Origin: Candidatus Zambryskibacteria bacterium RIFCSPHIGHO2_01_FULL_43_25
GTDB lineage: Bacteria; Patescibacteriota; Minisyncoccia; Phycocordibacterales; Zambryskibacteraceae
DNA length: 41,428 bases
Assembly: GCA_001823695.1 (NCBI GenBank)
Contig: MHVD01000004.1
Location: 1 to 41,428 of the forward strand
Direction of reading: 5' to 3'
A model generated the notes under the pieces. It searched no databases, was not told where the DNA came from, and worked only from the letters and a program-made list of their open reading frames with translations. The position numbers and the translations under genes were made by a program. Below, in pieces: positions 9,142-17,192 of the stretch; positions within the stretch are counted from its first letter, which is position 1; each line of letters begins with the position of its first letter.

Positions 9142-9609
9142 GTGTATGTGTCTTCCTACTCGAAATACGCCGTCGGCGTGATGATTCTTTTGCCCGACAA
9201 CCGAATCGTGGTAATTGAAGAGCCAAGCAAACCGCCTCCGACGCTTCCCAAATTCCCCATCGGGCAGAGTACAAAAGAAGAAGAAAACCTTCTTCGGATG
9301 GGCTATCCCGAGGGAGAGGTGCTCCGAATCGTGGGCGTGAGGGAGGCCGAGGAAGAAACAGGAATCTCTATGAGAAAAGCCAAGTATCACGGCTTGGTTC
9401 ACAGAGAAACCAGGCGCCTTCCCCAACCACACGACTGGGTGCTGAAGGAATACCATCTTCCTTTCATACCCGCCGGCCCGACAAAGGGCCAGGACGGTCA
9501 AAGGGTTTCCTTTCTGACAGCGAGGGAAATCCTCTCCAACCCGCGTTTCCACAAGGATCATCTCCAAGCCGCAAGGAAACGGCTTGAAGAGATCGCCGGA
9601 TTGCGTTAG
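9142..9609 (+). CDS. Nudix hydrolase
   Basis: Nudix box G-x5-E-x7-REAEEETGI is present (GVREAEEETGI). 155 aa. Confidence 0.75.
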   Translation: MYVSSYSKYAVGVMILLPDNRIVVIEEPSKPPPTLPKFPIGQSTKEEENLLRMGYPEGEVLRIVGVREAEEETGISMRKAKYHGLVHRETRRLPQPHDWVLKEYHLPFIPAGPTKGQDGQRVSFLTAREILSNPRFHKDHLQAARKRLEEIAGLR

Positions 9610-9610
9610 G

Positions 9611-9644
9611 GAGCGCCCGCGAGAAGTTACGCGGGCGCTTTTTC
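9611..9644 (+). terminator. Rho-independent terminator after the Nudix gene
   Basis: GAGCGCCCGCG-agaagtta-CGCGGGCGC followed by TTTTTC. Confidence 0.8.
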
Positions 9645-9772
9645 ATTGAAAATAAATATTGTATTCTTTACTGGTAAACAAGCTGGGGTAACCCGAACAA
9701 CCCTGCAGTGACAGTCTTGAACGGGTAAATGAAATCGAATCCCAGGGTTAGTGAGGTTTTAAGAAACAAAAT

Positions 9773-9857
9773 GGGTAGGTGGCGGAATTGGTATACGCGC
9801 ATGGCTTAGAACCATGTCCCGCGAGGGTTGCGAGTTCAAGTCTCGCCCTACCCACCA
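9773..9857 (+). tRNA. tRNA-Leu (anticodon TAG), class II, CCA encoded
   Basis: Acceptor GGGTAGG/CCTACCC, anticodon stem-loop CATGG-CTTAGAA-CCATG, long variable arm, T-arm GCGAGTTCAAGTCTCGC, ACCA 3' end. Confidence 0.85.
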
Positions 9858-9985
9858 AGACAGAACTTAGCGGTTGAGAACCAACCAAGGCGTAAGCGGC
9901 GCGAAGCGCCGCTCATACTGTTTCGCCTGATTTTCCAAAATTGTTAATAGAAACACAAATATAAGTTAGGATATTAAAACCGCTT

Positions 9986-10019
9986 GGTATAATAACTTAC
10001 GATCGTAAGTTATTATACC
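9986..10019 (+). repeat. 34-bp perfect palindrome GGTATAATAACTTACGA|TCGTAAGTTATTATACC (PalA family) upstream of the SPFH gene promoter
   Basis: The arms are exact reverse complements. It shares the termini GGTATWATA...TATWATACC with the palindrome at 21512. Confidence 0.7.
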
Positions 10020-10081
10020 ATTTTAAAATAGCGAAAAGTTTCAGAGAGGTTTTTAGGATTTTTATGAGTTGAGATTTTTTG

Positions 10082-10110
10082 TTGACTTTTTTTACTGTCT
10101 GTGATATAAG
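10082..10110 (+). promoter_or_regulatory. sigma70-like promoter (TTGACT-17-TATAAG)
   Basis: -35 at 10082-10087 and -10 at 10105-10110. It lies about 50 nt upstream of the AAGGAAGG RBS and the ATG at 10161. Confidence 0.45.
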
Positions 10111-10160
10111 AAACAACGGAAAAACGTACGTTGCGAATCACTACAACAAGGAAGGTTGGA

Positions 10161-11588
10161 ATGATTACGTGGCAGAGATTCAAGCTGTACCTGTGGGAAT
10201 CATGGGAATCGGTGAAAGGACGATTCGAAAAACGAATCAAAGCCTTAACCGAAGCGTTGAAGAAGTTGTGGAAGAGGCGACGGGAGAAATCGGCTGATGA
10301 GCCGACAATTGGTAAGTCAGACGACGTGGTGGAAGCAGACTGGGAGTTTGTAGAGGAGTCTTCTGACAAAGGCCCAGCCAGAACCATTCCGACTCATGTC
10401 CGAGTTGGGCTGGTCATGCTGGCTGTTTTTCTCCTGTCGGCTCTCGGCCTCAGTCTCTTCGAGAACACTGTCCTCGGTCAGACCTGGAACTGGGGAGCAT
10501 TCGTTTTCTACCTCACAATCCTGTGGCTCTTCTTGAGCCTTAGGATAGTGAGGGAGAACCAGACTGGAGCTATCCTCTTTTTCCGGAAACCAATCACCAA
10601 GGCACAATCCGGTATTCATTTCGTCCCCTTTTTACTTTATGCTCTGGAAACCATTCAGAAAACAGTTATCCAGTTCGAAATTCCGGCAGAACCGGAGCTG
10701 GTATGGAAGGGAGACGATGACAAACTCCCGAAAGGGATGGCTCCGCCGGTTCGCATCACCCATGCGCAGTTGGAATCGGCAATGTTCTACAGGGATGACC
10801 TCGAGGACGAGCCTACCAAGCATTTCAGCGAGTTTAGTCCGGAAGAGCAAGCTGTGCTTAGGTCAGACACGCTTCACCGGAAACGGCTCGTCTCTGAGGC
10901 AAGCGGAATCGTAAGACTCCTAGTCAGAGATTACTGCAAGTTCCTCGGAACAATCGAGTCTATGGAAGGAAAGGAGGGAGCAAAGAAACAGATCGCTGAC
11001 ACAGTCGTGTCCACGTGGCAAGATGTGATCGCCAAACTCACCCCTGCTGAAGCCAACATGCACAAGAGACGAATTAGCAAGCTTGTTCTGAAAAGAGTTC
11101 GACAGAAGTGCGGCGAAGAGGCATATGAAGGCGAGAGCGAGAGTGAACGCAAGGAACGTGAGTGGGGTATCCACGTTGAAGACACCGAGCTCAAGCCCTT
11201 CGACTGGCGAACAACTGTCAACAAGGCAATCGCGGCTGCAAGCGCAGCGGGAATGAACAAGGAAACGACGATCACCGATGCCGAAGCGGAAGGTGAAGCG
11301 ACGGTCTTGATTGGCCGTGGCGTGGCGGAATCCGCATTCCTCCTTTCTCAAGCCAAAGCCAAGGGTGTGAAGGTGGTTGCCGATCAGATTCATGACAACC
11401 CCGCTGGCGAAATCGCCGCGCGTCTCCTGGCAATGGAAGAGATAGCGAAGAAGTCGCCGCTCACGATTGTTCCAACGGAAGGTATCTTCGGACCAGCGTT
11501 GGGAATTGCGGAAGCGATCAAAAAGGGAGGCCCTGGAAGTTCAAGAGACACCCCCGAGTCGTCTCCAGCATCTCCTCCAACCCCATAA
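10161..11588 (+). CDS. SPFH/band-7 (flotillin-like) domain membrane protein
   Basis: Two N-terminal TM helices. The SPFH-like core is VRENQTGAILFFRKPI...SGIHFVPFLLYALETIQKTVIQFEI. The C-terminal region has flotillin-type ITDAEAEGEATVLIGRGVAE...LTIVPTE. The start was chosen at the ATG with the AAGGAAGG RBS; the ORF track starts at 10131. Confidence 0.5.
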   Translation: MITWQRFKLYLWESWESVKGRFEKRIKALTEALKKLWKRRREKSADEPTIGKSDDVVEADWEFVEESSDKGPARTIPTHVRVGLVMLAVFLLSALGLSLFENTVLGQTWNWGAFVFYLTILWLFLSLRIVRENQTGAILFFRKPITKAQSGIHFVPFLLYALETIQKTVIQFEIPAEPELVWKGDDDKLPKGMAPPVRITHAQLESAMFYRDDLEDEPTKHFSEFSPEEQAVLRSDTLHRKRLVSEASGIVRLLVRDYCKFLGTIESMEGKEGAKKQIADTVVSTWQDVIAKLTPAEANMHKRRISKLVLKRVRQKCGEEAYEGESESERKEREWGIHVEDTELKPFDWRTTVNKAIAAASAAGMNKETTITDAEAEGEATVLIGRGVAESAFLLSQAKAKGVKVVADQIHDNPAGEIAARLLAMEEIAKKSPLTIVPTEGIFGPALGIAEAIKKGGPGSSRDTPESSPASPPTP

Positions 11589-11611
11589 ATCCCACCGAGG
11601 TTGTAGTTGAT

Positions 11612-11650
11612 GAGGCCGTCTTGCTCCCCGCGAGACGGCCTCTTTCATTT
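11612..11650 (+). terminator. Rho-independent terminator after the SPFH gene
   Basis: GAGGCCGTCT-tgctccccgcg-AGACGGCCTC followed by TTTCATTT. Confidence 0.7.
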
Positions 11651-11677
11651 GACAAAACAACTTTGATAGTATATAAT
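11649..11677 (+). promoter_or_regulatory. perfect-consensus sigma70 promoter (TTGACA-17-TATAAT)
   Basis: TTGACA at 11649-11654, exact 17-bp spacer, TATAAT at 11672-11677. A GGAGGA RBS lies at 11722 before the ATG at 11731. Confidence 0.65.
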
Positions 11678-11730
11678 GCACACGGAACCTGTACGCAAAG
11701 ACAACCTGTTTCCTATTTCTGGAGGATTCG

Positions 11731-12888
11731 ATGCGTGGCGCTCTGACCCCACTCGTGGTGTTGGTAGTAATCGGCCTTATCTTCTTTATCATCAGGTACA
11801 TTGCCAAAAACCCTGGTTCCGTAAAGAACCTACCTGGTCAACTTCCTAACTTGATCAAGAAGGTCCTTTCTAGTGGGGACTTTTGGATACCATTGATCTC
11901 AGTGCCCATAATTCAGTGGCTTCTGTGGTCGTTCTCAAACGACCGGTGGGAGGCATTCTGGGATTCTGGCAGATTTTTCCCGGTCATCATTGCGGCTTTT
12001 CTCATCGCTTGGATATGGAAGAGAAAGCCGTGGTGGAGCGCAACGGGAGTGGGTCTCATGACAGCCGGCAGTCTGGCTGTTATGTTTTTCCCTTCGAAGG
12101 AATCGACTGTCAAGGACAACCTGAAGATCGTCGCGTTGTCTGCGCTCGAGACGGTGCATTACGGCCCCGGATCTGGAGTGACAGGAGAAGTAAGCATCCT
12201 GTCCGGCCACGTCTTCCGTGCGCTTTGCACTGATACGGCGATGGTGGAGAGAATCCTTCGGGAATTCAGCGGCGACACAACGATGGCAAACATCGCCGCC
12301 GCGGAGTCCAATTGCCGGCATCAGGTCGGTGACTCAGTTGTAACAAACGAAAACGCCAATGGGACAAAAGACCGAGGGCTCTGGCAGATCAACGACGCCC
12401 GCAGGTTCTTGGCGGATTCTCTTGGGGTAAATTATATGACTCTTGACGGAAACTTCGCAGTGGCGAAGGAACTCCTCAAGAGGAACCCCGACTACTCCGA
12501 CTGGGATTCCTCTCGGAGATGCTGGGAGATGAGGATCTGCGGCCGCCAACCAACGACTGTCGGTAGCGTTCCTCAGACACCCATCTTTCAGCTCACGCTG
12601 GGAGAGGGGGAGAAGGAATTGCAGGTTCCTGCCGACCAGCCAAGCCAGAGGATCCTCATGATCCGCGGAACGCGGACCAACTTCTGGCCGCTGATCTGGA
12701 AAGGGCCATACCTCGTGATCGACGAGAGCGGGAAGCAATACCGTATAGAGACAGATTCAATCTGTCCAGCGGTAGACACTCCATCGAACATGGTGGCTTT
12801 CCAAGCCATTGATTCCGCCTTTGTCATGTTGGTGGAGAAAGTGTCGTACGACGACACCAGATTCATCGACCGAGGGTGCAAGAAGTAG
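11731..12888 (+). CDS. 4-TM membrane protein with a VirB1-like specialised lytic transglycosylase (lysozyme-like, GH23) domain
   Basis: The N-terminal ~120 aa contain four hydrophobic helices. The soluble domain carries AAESNCRHQVGDSVVTNENANGTKDRGLWQIND. This matches the ES...N.NGS.D.GLMQIN signature of VirB1/IpgF/EtgA-type lytic transglycosylases, which are tied to secretion systems and pili. The ~190-aa C-terminal region is unknown. Confidence 0.55.
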   Translation: MRGALTPLVVLVVIGLIFFIIRYIAKNPGSVKNLPGQLPNLIKKVLSSGDFWIPLISVPIIQWLLWSFSNDRWEAFWDSGRFFPVIIAAFLIAWIWKRKPWWSATGVGLMTAGSLAVMFFPSKESTVKDNLKIVALSALETVHYGPGSGVTGEVSILSGHVFRALCTDTAMVERILREFSGDTTMANIAAAESNCRHQVGDSVVTNENANGTKDRGLWQINDARRFLADSLGVNYMTLDGNFAVAKELLKRNPDYSDWDSSRRCWEMRICGRQPTTVGSVPQTPIFQLTLGEGEKELQVPADQPSQRILMIRGTRTNFWPLIWKGPYLVIDESGKQYRIETDSICPAVDTPSNMVAFQAIDSAFVMLVEKVSYDDTRFIDRGCKK

Positions 12889-12897
12889 GTTGCGGGG

Positions 12898-12990
12898 GCG
12901 GAGGTATCTTCGGATACCTTCGCCCCTTTTTCATTTGCAAAGCAAACCGCCGCGCTCCAAGAGGGCGCGGCGACTTGCTGATTTTTATTT
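12898..12990. terminator. convergent terminator pair between the + LT-domain gene and the minus-strand small-protein operon
   Basis: Hairpin GGCGGAGGTATC-ttcg-GATACCTTCGCC followed by CCTTTTT serves the + strand. Hairpin CGCCGCGC-tccaagagg-GCGCGGCG is followed, in minus orientation, by a T-rich tract. Confidence 0.55.
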
Positions 12991-12995
12991 TCTAG

Positions 12996-13274
12996 TTAGT
13001 TTCCAAATAGGAATGGCGCCGTTGTCGCAGGATCAATGCCAAATGTCTGCAGGATTATTCTTATAACACCGAATACAGCAAACATTATGAACATACCGAT
13101 TATTCCCCAAAGCATATTGCGCTGGCCGGTACTTCTTGCTTCTTCGTTGTCAGTATTTCTGACGAACTGGAATATCCCCCAGAAGAAAAGCAGTAGAGAT
13201 ACGGTGAAAAGGAGAACTATTATCGGATTGAGAATGAACTCATTAATCTTGTGTAAGAGCGGAGCGACACTCAT
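12996..13274 (-). CDS. small 2-TM protein, FFWG-type paralog 4 of 4 (lacks a signal peptide); VirB2/TrbC-pilin-like topology
   Basis: 92 aa: LLLFFWGIFQFVRNTDNEEARSTGQRNMLWGIIGMFIMFAVFGV. Two hydrophobic helices are separated by a short charged loop. Paralogous to the ORFs at 13294, 13837 and 14180. Confidence 0.5.
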   Translation of the reverse strand: MSVAPLLHKINEFILNPIIVLLFTVSLLLFFWGIFQFVRNTDNEEARSTGQRNMLWGIIGMFIMFAVFGVIRIILQTFGIDPATTAPFLFGN

Positions 13275-13293
13275 TGTCGGTTAAGAACTGGCT

Positions 13294-13653
13294 TTATGGC
13301 AAACCTGGAACACCCGGAACATTGGACAGATCGTCCCCGATATTAACGTCTAGAGCTTCTCCTATAAATTCAACCAAGCCCCAGACAGCTACCATAACGA
13401 ACAGGGCGACAATGCCCCAAATCATGATGTTCTTTCCCTCTTTTTTCTTCTCTTCATCACCAGCGGCCAGAATGTACTTCGCCAATCCCCAGAAGAAGAA
13501 TAGAAGGGCCAGAGCGACAACGATAGGAAGCAACACCTCGATAATTCTGCCTATTGACTGGAAGAAGTCCTCAACGTTTGTAAGTTGGGGGCCGCCAGCC
13601 AAAGCCATGAATGGCAATGCGTAAAGAGCTATAGTGCTTAGAACTTTCTTCAT
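13294..13653 (-). CDS. small secreted 2-TM protein, FFWG-type paralog 3; VirB2/TrbC-pilin-like topology
   Basis: 119 aa with signal peptide MKKVLSTIALYALPFMALAGG, then LLFFFWGLAKYILAAGDEEKKKEGKNIMIWGIVALFVMVAVWGLV. Confidence 0.55.
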   Translation of the reverse strand: MKKVLSTIALYALPFMALAGGPQLTNVEDFFQSIGRIIEVLLPIVVALALLFFFWGLAKYILAAGDEEKKKEGKNIMIWGIVALFVMVAVWGLVEFIGEALDVNIGDDLSNVPGVPGLP

Positions 13654-13836
13654 TTTTATTTATTAAATAATAAACGATTTATGACTACAAGCCTTGTTTA
13701 AAGCCCAACAAGAAATAGTTTCTTGTGTAAGGCCGCAATTAGGCCAGCCACAAACCTCTTGACCTTTCATTCCTAAAAGGACTTAAACACTATTTTACAA
13801 TGATTGACCAATTAAAACAATAAACGATGGGGATAA

Positions 13837-14172
13837 TCAGGGCGCTACTATGTTAAAGGGATTCAAGTGCGATGGACTGAATATATCCTGCTGAATCAAC
13901 TTCACGATCCCCCATATCGCGACCATCACAAAAAGGGAAACTATACCCCAGAGCATTATGCGTTTTCCTTCTTCTATGGCTTTCTCGTCTCCTGCGCTTC
14001 TTATCATTTTCGTTACGCCCCAGAAGAAAAATAACAAAGCTAAAGCGACAGCAATAGGTATCAAAAGAGCCACCAGAGAGCCGATAGCTAAAAGAAGCTC
14101 CTGGAAACTTGCTACCTGCGCTTTCGCCAGGAGCGGCGCAAAAAACAACATTAGTGTCAGTATATTTGCCAT
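13837..14172 (-). CDS. small secreted 2-TM protein, FFWG-type paralog 2
   Basis: Start taken at MANILTLMLFFAPLLAKAQ (signal peptide). The ORF track extends to 14235, which would overlap the previous gene. Core: LLFFFWGVTKMIRSAGDEKAIEEGKRIMLWGIVSLFVMVAIWGIV. Confidence 0.5.
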   Translation of the reverse strand: MANILTLMLFFAPLLAKAQVASFQELLLAIGSLVALLIPIAVALALLFFFWGVTKMIRSAGDEKAIEEGKRIMLWGIVSLFVMVAIWGIVKLIQQDIFSPSHLNPFNIVAP

Positions 14173-14179
14173 ATTCTTA

Positions 14180-14653
14180 TCAATTGCTACTGCCCCTGGT
14201 TGGCAAAAAAGGAAGTTGGATCGGTCCGCCGCCAATGAAGTCGGAGTAGAGGAGATTTATGATGCCCCAGATAGATACCATTATAAACAAGGCGATAATA
14301 CCCCAAAAAATCAGTCTCTTGCCGTCGGCAACTTTCTTCTCATCTCCAGCCGCGAGTATGAATTTCGACAGCCCCCAGAAAAAGACAAGCATCGTCAACG
14401 CAACCATAATTGGGAAAGCTGTATTTATGAAATTTAGAATAATGCAAATAAATTCAGAAAAGTTCTGCGGAGCTTGAGACGGGGTATTTGAACTAGGAGT
14501 CGGACAGGAAGCAGCAAAAGTTACAAGGGGAATAAAGAAAAAAGAAAAAAGAACTAGCCCGCCCGAACGACTGACATCGTTCAGTCGGGCGGAGAATAAG
14601 GAATAAAGAATAAGGAGAGCCAATAATTTATTTTTCGGGAAAAATTTAAGCAT
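14180..14653 (-). CDS. small secreted or lipoprotein-like 2-TM protein, FFWG-type paralog 1, with extended N-terminus
   Basis: 157 aa. N-terminal hydrophobic region includes LVTFAASC (lipobox-like). Core: MLVFFWGLSKFILAAGDEKKVADGKRLIFWGIIALFIMVSIWGII. Confidence 0.5.
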   Translation of the reverse strand: MLKFFPKNKLLALLILYSLFSARLNDVSRSGGLVLFSFFFIPLVTFAASCPTPSSNTPSQAPQNFSEFICIILNFINTAFPIMVALTMLVFFWGLSKFILAAGDEKKVADGKRLIFWGIIALFIMVSIWGIINLLYSDFIGGGPIQLPFLPTRGSSN

Positions 14654-14654
14654 C

Positions 14655-15038
14655 TTACGGGGTTGTTGTTAACTGGTTTATTGTCGCCTCAATAGCCTTG
14701 GCTATTACCCAAGCGCCGAGGAGTACTGCTGTGCCTATAGCAACATAAAGAAAGTTTCTCTTGGCAACTTCAAGCTTGGCTTCATTGCCCTGAGCAGTAA
14801 CAAACTTAAAACCGGCAAATATTATCATTATTGTGACCACGACACCGCCAACAGGAAGTATAACGTCATTTATTACGACCCTGATGAAGTCGTAAAGGTT
14901 ATCTGTCCCCCCCTTAAGAGGATTCTGCAAACCGCCGGGGTTACCGATTGAGGCGGAAACAATTAATGGGAGAGTAAAAATACCAAGAACTGTAATTTGT
15001 GCTACCGCGAAAGATAAGGTTCTAAAAAATGATCTCAT
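14655..15038 (-). CDS. small secreted 2-TM protein, divergent type B; VirB2/TrbC-like topology
   Basis: 127 aa with an N-terminal hydrophobic signal, then VVVTIMIIFAGFKFVTAQGNEAKLEVAKRNFLYVAIGTAVLLGAWVIAKAI (helix, charged loop, helix). Confidence 0.5.
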   Translation of the reverse strand: MRSFFRTLSFAVAQITVLGIFTLPLIVSASIGNPGGLQNPLKGGTDNLYDFIRVVINDVILPVGGVVVTIMIIFAGFKFVTAQGNEAKLEVAKRNFLYVAIGTAVLLGAWVIAKAIEATINQLTTTP

Positions 15039-15044
15039 AATATT

Positions 15045-15503
15045 TTAAGGTTGCGTATTTATAAGAATCTGGAAAAACGTTGAGCCGGGATCAAGCAACG
15101 CCTTGCCTATAGTATAAACAATGACCCAGGCCGCCAAGACAAAAATAAAACCAATCAATGTCTTCTTGAAAATTCCGTGCGCTTTTTCAATCTTGCTTTG
15201 ACTGCCCTCTGCCGTAATATATATCGCGCCCGCCCAGATAAATGACAGCGCCGCCAAAGGAATAGCTATAATAATCATAAATTTCAATATCTTTTCCGCA
15301 AGCTCAACAAGGTCGTCAAAACCGCATGGGTCTTGTATAACCCCAGTTTTCAAATCGGGTTTGTCGTCACAGACATCCATAAAAGTGCTCGTGGGATTTT
15401 GGGCATAAGCCAGATTTGGGACGTTTAGAAACACGAAAAGGACAAGCGTTAAAAGCGCAAAAATAAGACCACTTGATACACTTTTTTGCCTGAAAGTCTT
15501 CAT
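15045..15503 (-). CDS. small secreted 2-TM protein, divergent type A; VirB2/TrbC-like topology
   Basis: 152 aa with a signal peptide ending AYA, a Cys pair (CDDK...DPC) in the mature N-terminus, then IIIAIPLAALSFIWAGAIYITAEGSQSKIEKAHGIFKKTLIGFIFVLAAWVIV. The ATG overlaps the upstream gene's stop (TAATG), indicating translational coupling. Confidence 0.5.
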   Translation of the reverse strand: MKTFRQKSVSSGLIFALLTLVLFVFLNVPNLAYAQNPTSTFMDVCDDKPDLKTGVIQDPCGFDDLVELAEKILKFMIIIAIPLAALSFIWAGAIYITAEGSQSKIEKAHGIFKKTLIGFIFVLAAWVIVYTIGKALLDPGSTFFQILINTQP

Positions 15504-16792
15504 TATTTCCCCTCTAGTAAAAGATTAATGCGTCCATGCGTATCGGCTATTGCCTGCTCCTGTCTTACCCGTCCGCCGGTTATTGATTCAATCATCTCCC
15601 TAAAAAGCACTTCTGTCTCTTCCGGATCCGGATCGTGCCACCCCCTAGCCCAAAGAGCGCTTTTGTAAAAGACCGACAAAAATTGATCCGACGGCAGTTC
15701 CGCTAGAAGATCTCTTCTCGGAGGAGGAAGTTTCAGGTTTTCAACAAAGGCCGCGACACTTTCACGGGTAGTGAGAGCTCTGGCTATTTGGTAAGCTCCG
15801 GCTATATTCTTTGAATTTTTGATAATTGCTAACCCATAAAGCTGGCCAAAGGTTGTATTGCGTCCGGAATTTCTGGATTGAGGCATTATGGAAACATCAA
15901 AATTAAGATTCGGATTTTTGCGTCGTACATAATCAAGCTCCGAGGCAAAACCAAAATAGACCGCCAAATCACCGGCAACAAAAGAAGTTTGAGCATCAGG
16001 CAGGGATCTATTCCAGGAATAAAAGGCTTTAGTCGGGTTTGAAAATTCGGTGTAGAAAGTCAGGGCAGAATTGGCCGGAGAGATGGGTTCACCGCGTCTG
16101 TCGGAGAGGGTGCTTACAAATTTGTTATATTGCCATTCAACTATCGGGTTGCCCGCCTGGAAAATAAGCGTGGTAAGAATCTCCTTGGCATTTTGGATAT
16201 TGGAAAACTCGCCCATAGCCACTGTGCTCCTCTCCAGATTGAGAGCTCCGGCGCGAATGGTTAGTTTTTTGGTTAGGTCAAAAAATTCATCCCAGTACAG
16301 AGGCGGAGTTGATATGCCCGCGTTTGTAAAAATATCCCTGTTCCAGTACATAACCAGAGGGTCAATCGTCAAGGGCAGCGCCACAATCCCATCGGACATG
16401 AGAAACATCTCGGCTTCTTCTACAAAAGAGCTCTTGAAATCTCTCTCGGAAATAGTCTGGTAGGGAATGGGGAAAATTTTGTTGCGGTACTTTATGATCA
16501 AATCCTGGGAAATGACAATCAGGTCCGGACCACCGCCTGAAGCCAGAGCTTCAAGAAGATCTTCATCGAAACTCTCTGCCGGTTTTTCAACATAGCTGAC
16601 CTTGAACGTGTCATCCTTGCTTATGGGCAATTTGGAGAACGACTGCGAGAAGACACCACGAGACATTGTGCCCCAGATTACGACGTTGGAAGTCGTTTGG
16701 CCTCCGCCGCCCTTGCTTAAAGCAAAAAAAGCAACGCCTATCGCTATAAATACCCCGAACACAACCAGAAGACCGATTTGGAATTTACTCAT
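15503..16792 (-). CDS. membrane-anchored extracellular solute-binding-protein-like protein (SBP_bac_1 / sugar ABC substrate-binding fold)
   Basis: 429 aa with an N-terminal TM anchor. Periplasmic-binding-protein motifs DPLVMYWNRDIFTNAGISTPPLYWDEF and AVYFGFASE. No adjacent permease or ATPase genes. Confidence 0.6.
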   Translation of the reverse strand: MSKFQIGLLVVFGVFIAIGVAFFALSKGGGGQTTSNVVIWGTMSRGVFSQSFSKLPISKDDTFKVSYVEKPAESFDEDLLEALASGGGPDLIVISQDLIIKYRNKIFPIPYQTISERDFKSSFVEEAEMFLMSDGIVALPLTIDPLVMYWNRDIFTNAGISTPPLYWDEFFDLTKKLTIRAGALNLERSTVAMGEFSNIQNAKEILTTLIFQAGNPIVEWQYNKFVSTLSDRRGEPISPANSALTFYTEFSNPTKAFYSWNRSLPDAQTSFVAGDLAVYFGFASELDYVRRKNPNLNFDVSIMPQSRNSGRNTTFGQLYGLAIIKNSKNIAGAYQIARALTTRESVAAFVENLKLPPPRRDLLAELPSDQFLSVFYKSALWARGWHDPDPEETEVLFREMIESITGGRVRQEQAIADTHGRINLLLEGK

Positions 16793-17190
16793 CCCGTTAG
16801 AAATCAGTTAGTTGGGTTTGTAATTTGACCATAATTATTTGACTGATTTTATATTAATACACCTGTAAGTGATGTAACTACGGAAATGCCCATACTTTAA
16901 CATTTTTATCAAGCTTCCTTTTCGAACTTTTCTATTTTTCTATAAGTTAGAGCTCTAATCATACAGCATTTCCTATTTCTTACGGGACTCATCCCGTTAG
17001 AAATCACTTAGTTTGTCTTGTAATGCGACCATTATTTATTTACTATTTTGTATATTAATATACCCGCAAGAAATTCTGATTACGGAAATGCCTATATTTT
17101 TATAATCCTGTCTAGCTTCTTTTTCAATTAACTCCATAAAACTATTTTACAGTTGCTCTTTCTTCCGTAGCATTTCCTATTTCTAACGGG
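16787..17190. repeat. tandem direct repeat, two diverged ~200-bp units (16787-16986 and 16987-17190); each unit ends in a copy of the SBP start region (CGGG-ATGAGT in minus orientation)
   Basis: The units align at about 75% identity. Each begins ACTCATCCCGTTAGAAATCA and ends CATTTCCTATTTCT(T/A)ACGGG. A 12-bp inverted repeat CCCGTTAGAAAT / ATTTCTAACGGG brackets each ATGAGT. Confidence 0.75.
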
Positions 17191-17192
17191 AC

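Noticed and set aside
9133-9567. 144-aa minus-strand ORF
   Set aside because: Antisense to the Nudix hydrolase gene, which has a bona fide Nudix box.
10317-11393. Minus-strand ORFs of 100-157 aa inside the SPFH gene
   Set aside because: They overlap a longer ORF that has an RBS, a promoter and SPFH-like motifs, and they have no motifs of their own.
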